Source: Flectonema sp. DT1601 (lineage: Eukaryota). Taken from it: a stretch of 64,000 bases of DNA. Made by a program: the position numbers and the translations under genes. Numbering within the stretch: position 1 is the first letter of the stretch; every line of letters starts with the position of its first letter. The notes beneath the pieces are model-generated. The model saw only the letters and a list, made by a program, of their open reading frames with translations. It searched no databases and was not told where the DNA came from. The stretch covers positions 1,116,001 to 1,180,000 of the forward strand of contig OZ025796.1 of assembly GCA_964019425.1 (NCBI GenBank). The letters run 5' to 3'. This document shows, one piece after another, positions 60,601 through 64,000 of the stretch.

Positions 60601-63600
60601 TTCTTGAAGAAAAAAAATAGAAGTCATAATGGTGCTTCCCTCTGGAAGGGTTGTAAGCCATGGTGTCCAACTAAATTAAAGGACAAGTCTGGGATAATCC
60701 CTGCCAGAGGGGCGAGTATTCTACCATGGTTGAAATACTCTGGCAACTGATCTTCAATTTTATGTTGTTTGTTAGCTGCTGGTGTATCTCGATCATGTGT
60801 TGATACTTGCATTTTTTTTTTTATTTGTAATCTTTTACTACAATAACTCTTGCAATTATCTTTTCTTTTTTATTCTCTATCTGTTCTGGTCTGTTTCTTC
60901 ATTTTTTTACATTAATAATTACATTTTGTTCAAAAAGAAAAAAAAAGAAAAAAGATTTCATATTAGAAACCAGGAAACTAGGTTAACACTTAGTTAAAAT
61001 TAAGACCGGTTAGTCAGTTTAAGGTCTTGTCTAGGACCAACATTCTTGTTTAACTTCAGTTATATTCATTTTACTTTTTATTGTTTCCCATCTACTTTTT
61101 ATTTTCTATTAGTTCTGGTCAGAAACTCCTGGGCAGCAAGAAGGAAAGTAGTTAAGTACTTCTGGGTGTTTGGCATCACCCCCCATAGTGAGCAAGTACA
61201 ACAGGTAGCATTGGTAGTCTGTTGATCCTGAGTGATCCCAGCTACAGTTTTGTTTTTCTTTCTTTTTTTTAGAAGAAGATCAGGACATTCAAGCACTGCT
61301 GGATAGTTGCTGAATGCAGGGCCTGCCTGTGGCATTATAATAACAGGCTAAGTCATTTGTAGTTCATAGTTTACCTTTGATTTTATAACTTCACATAGGG
61401 TACTATGAACGATGAGAGATCCAGTGGGATCACTCAGGGTCTAGTAGAGACCACCAATGTTGTGCGTTGATAGGCAAGGTGACCAACCTTGACATTCTTT
61501 CTTTTCTCTCCTGTTGTGACAAACACAAAATACACACACAGCTTACAGTGTGTTCTTTGTGTATGTTTTCTTCAGGTGTGAGTAGTTTTTTTGTTCTTGC
61601 TCTTCAGGGAGGGCCTTAGCCAAAAGCTAACAGTCCAAATCTCACCTGGTAAACTCAACTCAGTCTTTGTCAGTATTGGCATCAAACCTGTAATGGTTAC
61701 ATTAACTACCATTTCAACAGGTTATTTACTGAAATATTTGTTCTAAAAGTTGCTAAGTATCTCTCACTTAGAAATTTTTTTATTTTTTTATTTTCAGCTC
61801 AATTAGCTACAAAGTGTTTCTACTAAGTGTTTCTCACTTAGATTTTTTTTTTGCTTTTCAGCTCCTTAAAAGCTGCTAAGTATTTCTGCTAAGTGTTTCT
61901 CACTTAGAATCTTATTGTTATGTTCGTTTTCTATCCCTTCTCCTATCCCTTTTGTTCAAAAAAAGCGGGAGGAAATTCTCTCATTCATGCTAAGATGCAC
62001 TCTGAACTTTGATTTTTTTGATCTGAGTGTGAGGGAATGACCTGTTAGTGCATTGGGCATAAGCTGGGCTGCAGTTTAGATGTCTTAGGTGTTAATAAGG
62101 GGTTCCTCTTAGCATTTTTCTTTGTTACCACCTTATGATTTTCTTGAAGAAAAAAAATAGAAGTCATAATGGTGCTTCCCTCTGGAAGGGTTGTAAGCCA
62201 TGGTGTCCAACTAAATTAAAGGACAAGTCTGGGATAATCCCTGCCAGAGGGGCGAGTATTCTACCATGGTTGAAATACTCTGGCAACTGATCTTCAATTT
62301 TATGTTGTTTGTTAGCTGCTGGTGTATCTCGATCATGTGTTGATACTTGCATTTTTTTTTTTATTTGTAATCTTTTACTACAATAACTCTTGCAATTATC
62401 TTTTCTTTTTTATTCTCTATCTGTTCTGGTCTGTTTCTTCATTTTTTTACATTAATAATTACATTTTGTTCAAAAAGAAAAAAAAAGAAAAAAGATTTCA
62501 TATTAGAAACCAGGAAACTAGGTTAACACTTAGTTAAAATTAAGACCGGTTAGTCAGTTTAAGGTCTTGTCTAGGACCAACATTCTTGTTTAACTTCAGT
62601 TATATTCATTTTACTTTTTATTGTTTCCCATCTACTTTTTATTTTCTATTAGTTCTGGTCAGAAACTCCTGGGCAGCAAGAAGGAAAGTAGTTAAGTACT
62701 TCTGGGTGTTTGGCATCACCCCCCATAGTGAGCAAGTACAACAGGTAGCATTGGTAGTCTGTTGATCCTGAGTGATCCCAGCTACAGTTTTGTTTTTCTT
62801 TCTTTTTTTTAGAAGAAGATCAGGACATTCAAGCACTGCTGGATAGTTGCTGAATGCAGGGCCTGCCTGTGGCATTATAATAACAGGCTAAGTCATTTGT
62901 AGTTCATAGTTTACCTTTGATTTTATAACTTCACATAGGGTACTATGAACGATGAGAGATCCAGTGGGATCACTCAGGGTCTAGTAGAGACCACCAATGT
63001 TGTGCGTTGATAGGCAAGGTGACCAACCTTGACATTCTTTCTTTTCTCTCCTGTTGTGACAAACACAAAATACACACACAGCTTACAGTGTGTTCTTTGT
63101 GTATGTTTTCTTCAGGTGTGAGTAGTTTTTTTGTTCTTGCTCTTCAGGGAGGGCCTTAGCCAAAAGCTAACAGTCCAAATCTCACCTGGTAAACTCAACT
63201 CAGTCTTTGTCAGTATTGGCATCAAACCTGTAATGGTTACATTAACTACCATTTCAACAGGTTATTTACTGAAATATTTGTTCTAAAAGTTGCTAAGTAT
63301 CTCTCACTTAGAAATTTTTTTATTTTTTTATTTTCAGCTCAATTAGCTACAAAGTGTTTCTACTAAGTGTTTCTCACTTAGATTTTTTTTTTGCTTTTCA
63401 GCTCCTTAAAAGCTGCTAAGTATTTCTGCTAAGTGTTTCTCACTTAGAATCTTATTGTTATGTTCGTTTTCTATCCCTTCTCCTATCCCTTTTGTTCAAA
63501 AAAAGCGGGAGGAAATTCTCTCATTCATGCTAAGATGCACTCTGAACTTTGATTTTTTTGATCTGAGTGTGAGGGAATGACCTGTTAGTGCATTGGGCAT

Positions 63601-64000
63601 AAGCTGGGCTGCAGTTTAGATGTCTTAGGTGTTAATAAGGGGTTCCTCTTAGCATTTTTCTTTGTTACCACCTTATGATTTTCTTGAAGAAAAAAAATAG
63701 AAGTCATAATGGTGCTTCCCTCTGGAAGGGTTGTAAGCCATGGTGTCCAACTAAATTAAAGGACAAGTCTGGGATAATCCCTGCCAGAGGGGCGAGTATT
63801 CTACCATGGTTGAAATACTCTGGCAACTGATCTTCAATTTTATGTTGTTTGTTAGCTGCTGGTGTATCTCGATCATGTGTTGATACTTGCATTTTTTTTT
63901 TTATTTGTAATCTTTTACTACAATAACTCTTGCAATTATCTTTTCTTTTTTATTCTCTATCTGTTCTGGTCTGTTTCTTCATTTTTTTACATTAATAATT
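51652..64000 (+). repeat. Head-to-tail tandem array of a 1540-bp unit (family A plus ~140-bp insert), 8 units, running to the window edge
   Basis: ORF track entries recur every 1540 bp (51859, 53399, 54939 ... 62639), and the units are nearly identical. Confidence 0.98.

Noticed and set aside
51859..63892. Recurrent 60-78-aa ORFs in family A (MPQAGPAF..., MQVSTHD..., MAKALPEE...)
   Set aside because: They are short, lack recognisable motifs and are disrupted in some copies. Recurrence simply reflects the DNA repeat.

Overview
Eukaryotic, AT-rich protist DNA. A euglenozoan such as a diplonemid is inferred from the unidirectional gene cluster, short GT-AG introns and a euglenozoan-like LSU rRNA fragment. 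Positions 1-15 kb are a compact minus-strand gene cluster: SCC3/STAG cohesin (absent from the ORF track), a hypothetical protein, a spliced microprotein, an ankyrin membrane protein, an Era-like GTPase, a redoxin-like/UNC-93 fusion and a spliced CCCH protein. Positions 15-19 kb are a transition zone with a DIRS-like relic, an HNH-type nuclease gene and a possible hAT relic. Positions 19-64 kb are a nest of mobile elements: an intact HERO-like RLE non-LTR retrotransposon with an unusual ~550-aa C-terminal extension, two partial copies of it, a split piggyBac, a Pack-MULE carrying tRNA-like and 28S rRNA fragments, MITEs, a hairpin-rich ~260-bp satellite and a 1540-bp tandem array. Main candidate novelty: two otherwise unrelated non-coding mobile families (A, and the satellite-carrying tail D) share a covarying stem-loop 24-25 nt from a fixed, poly(A)-less end. 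One D end terminates an 11.3-kb unit, flanked by a 10-bp direct repeat, made of the retrotransposon plus kilobases of satellite. This suggests a mobilisation system that spreads satellite DNA.
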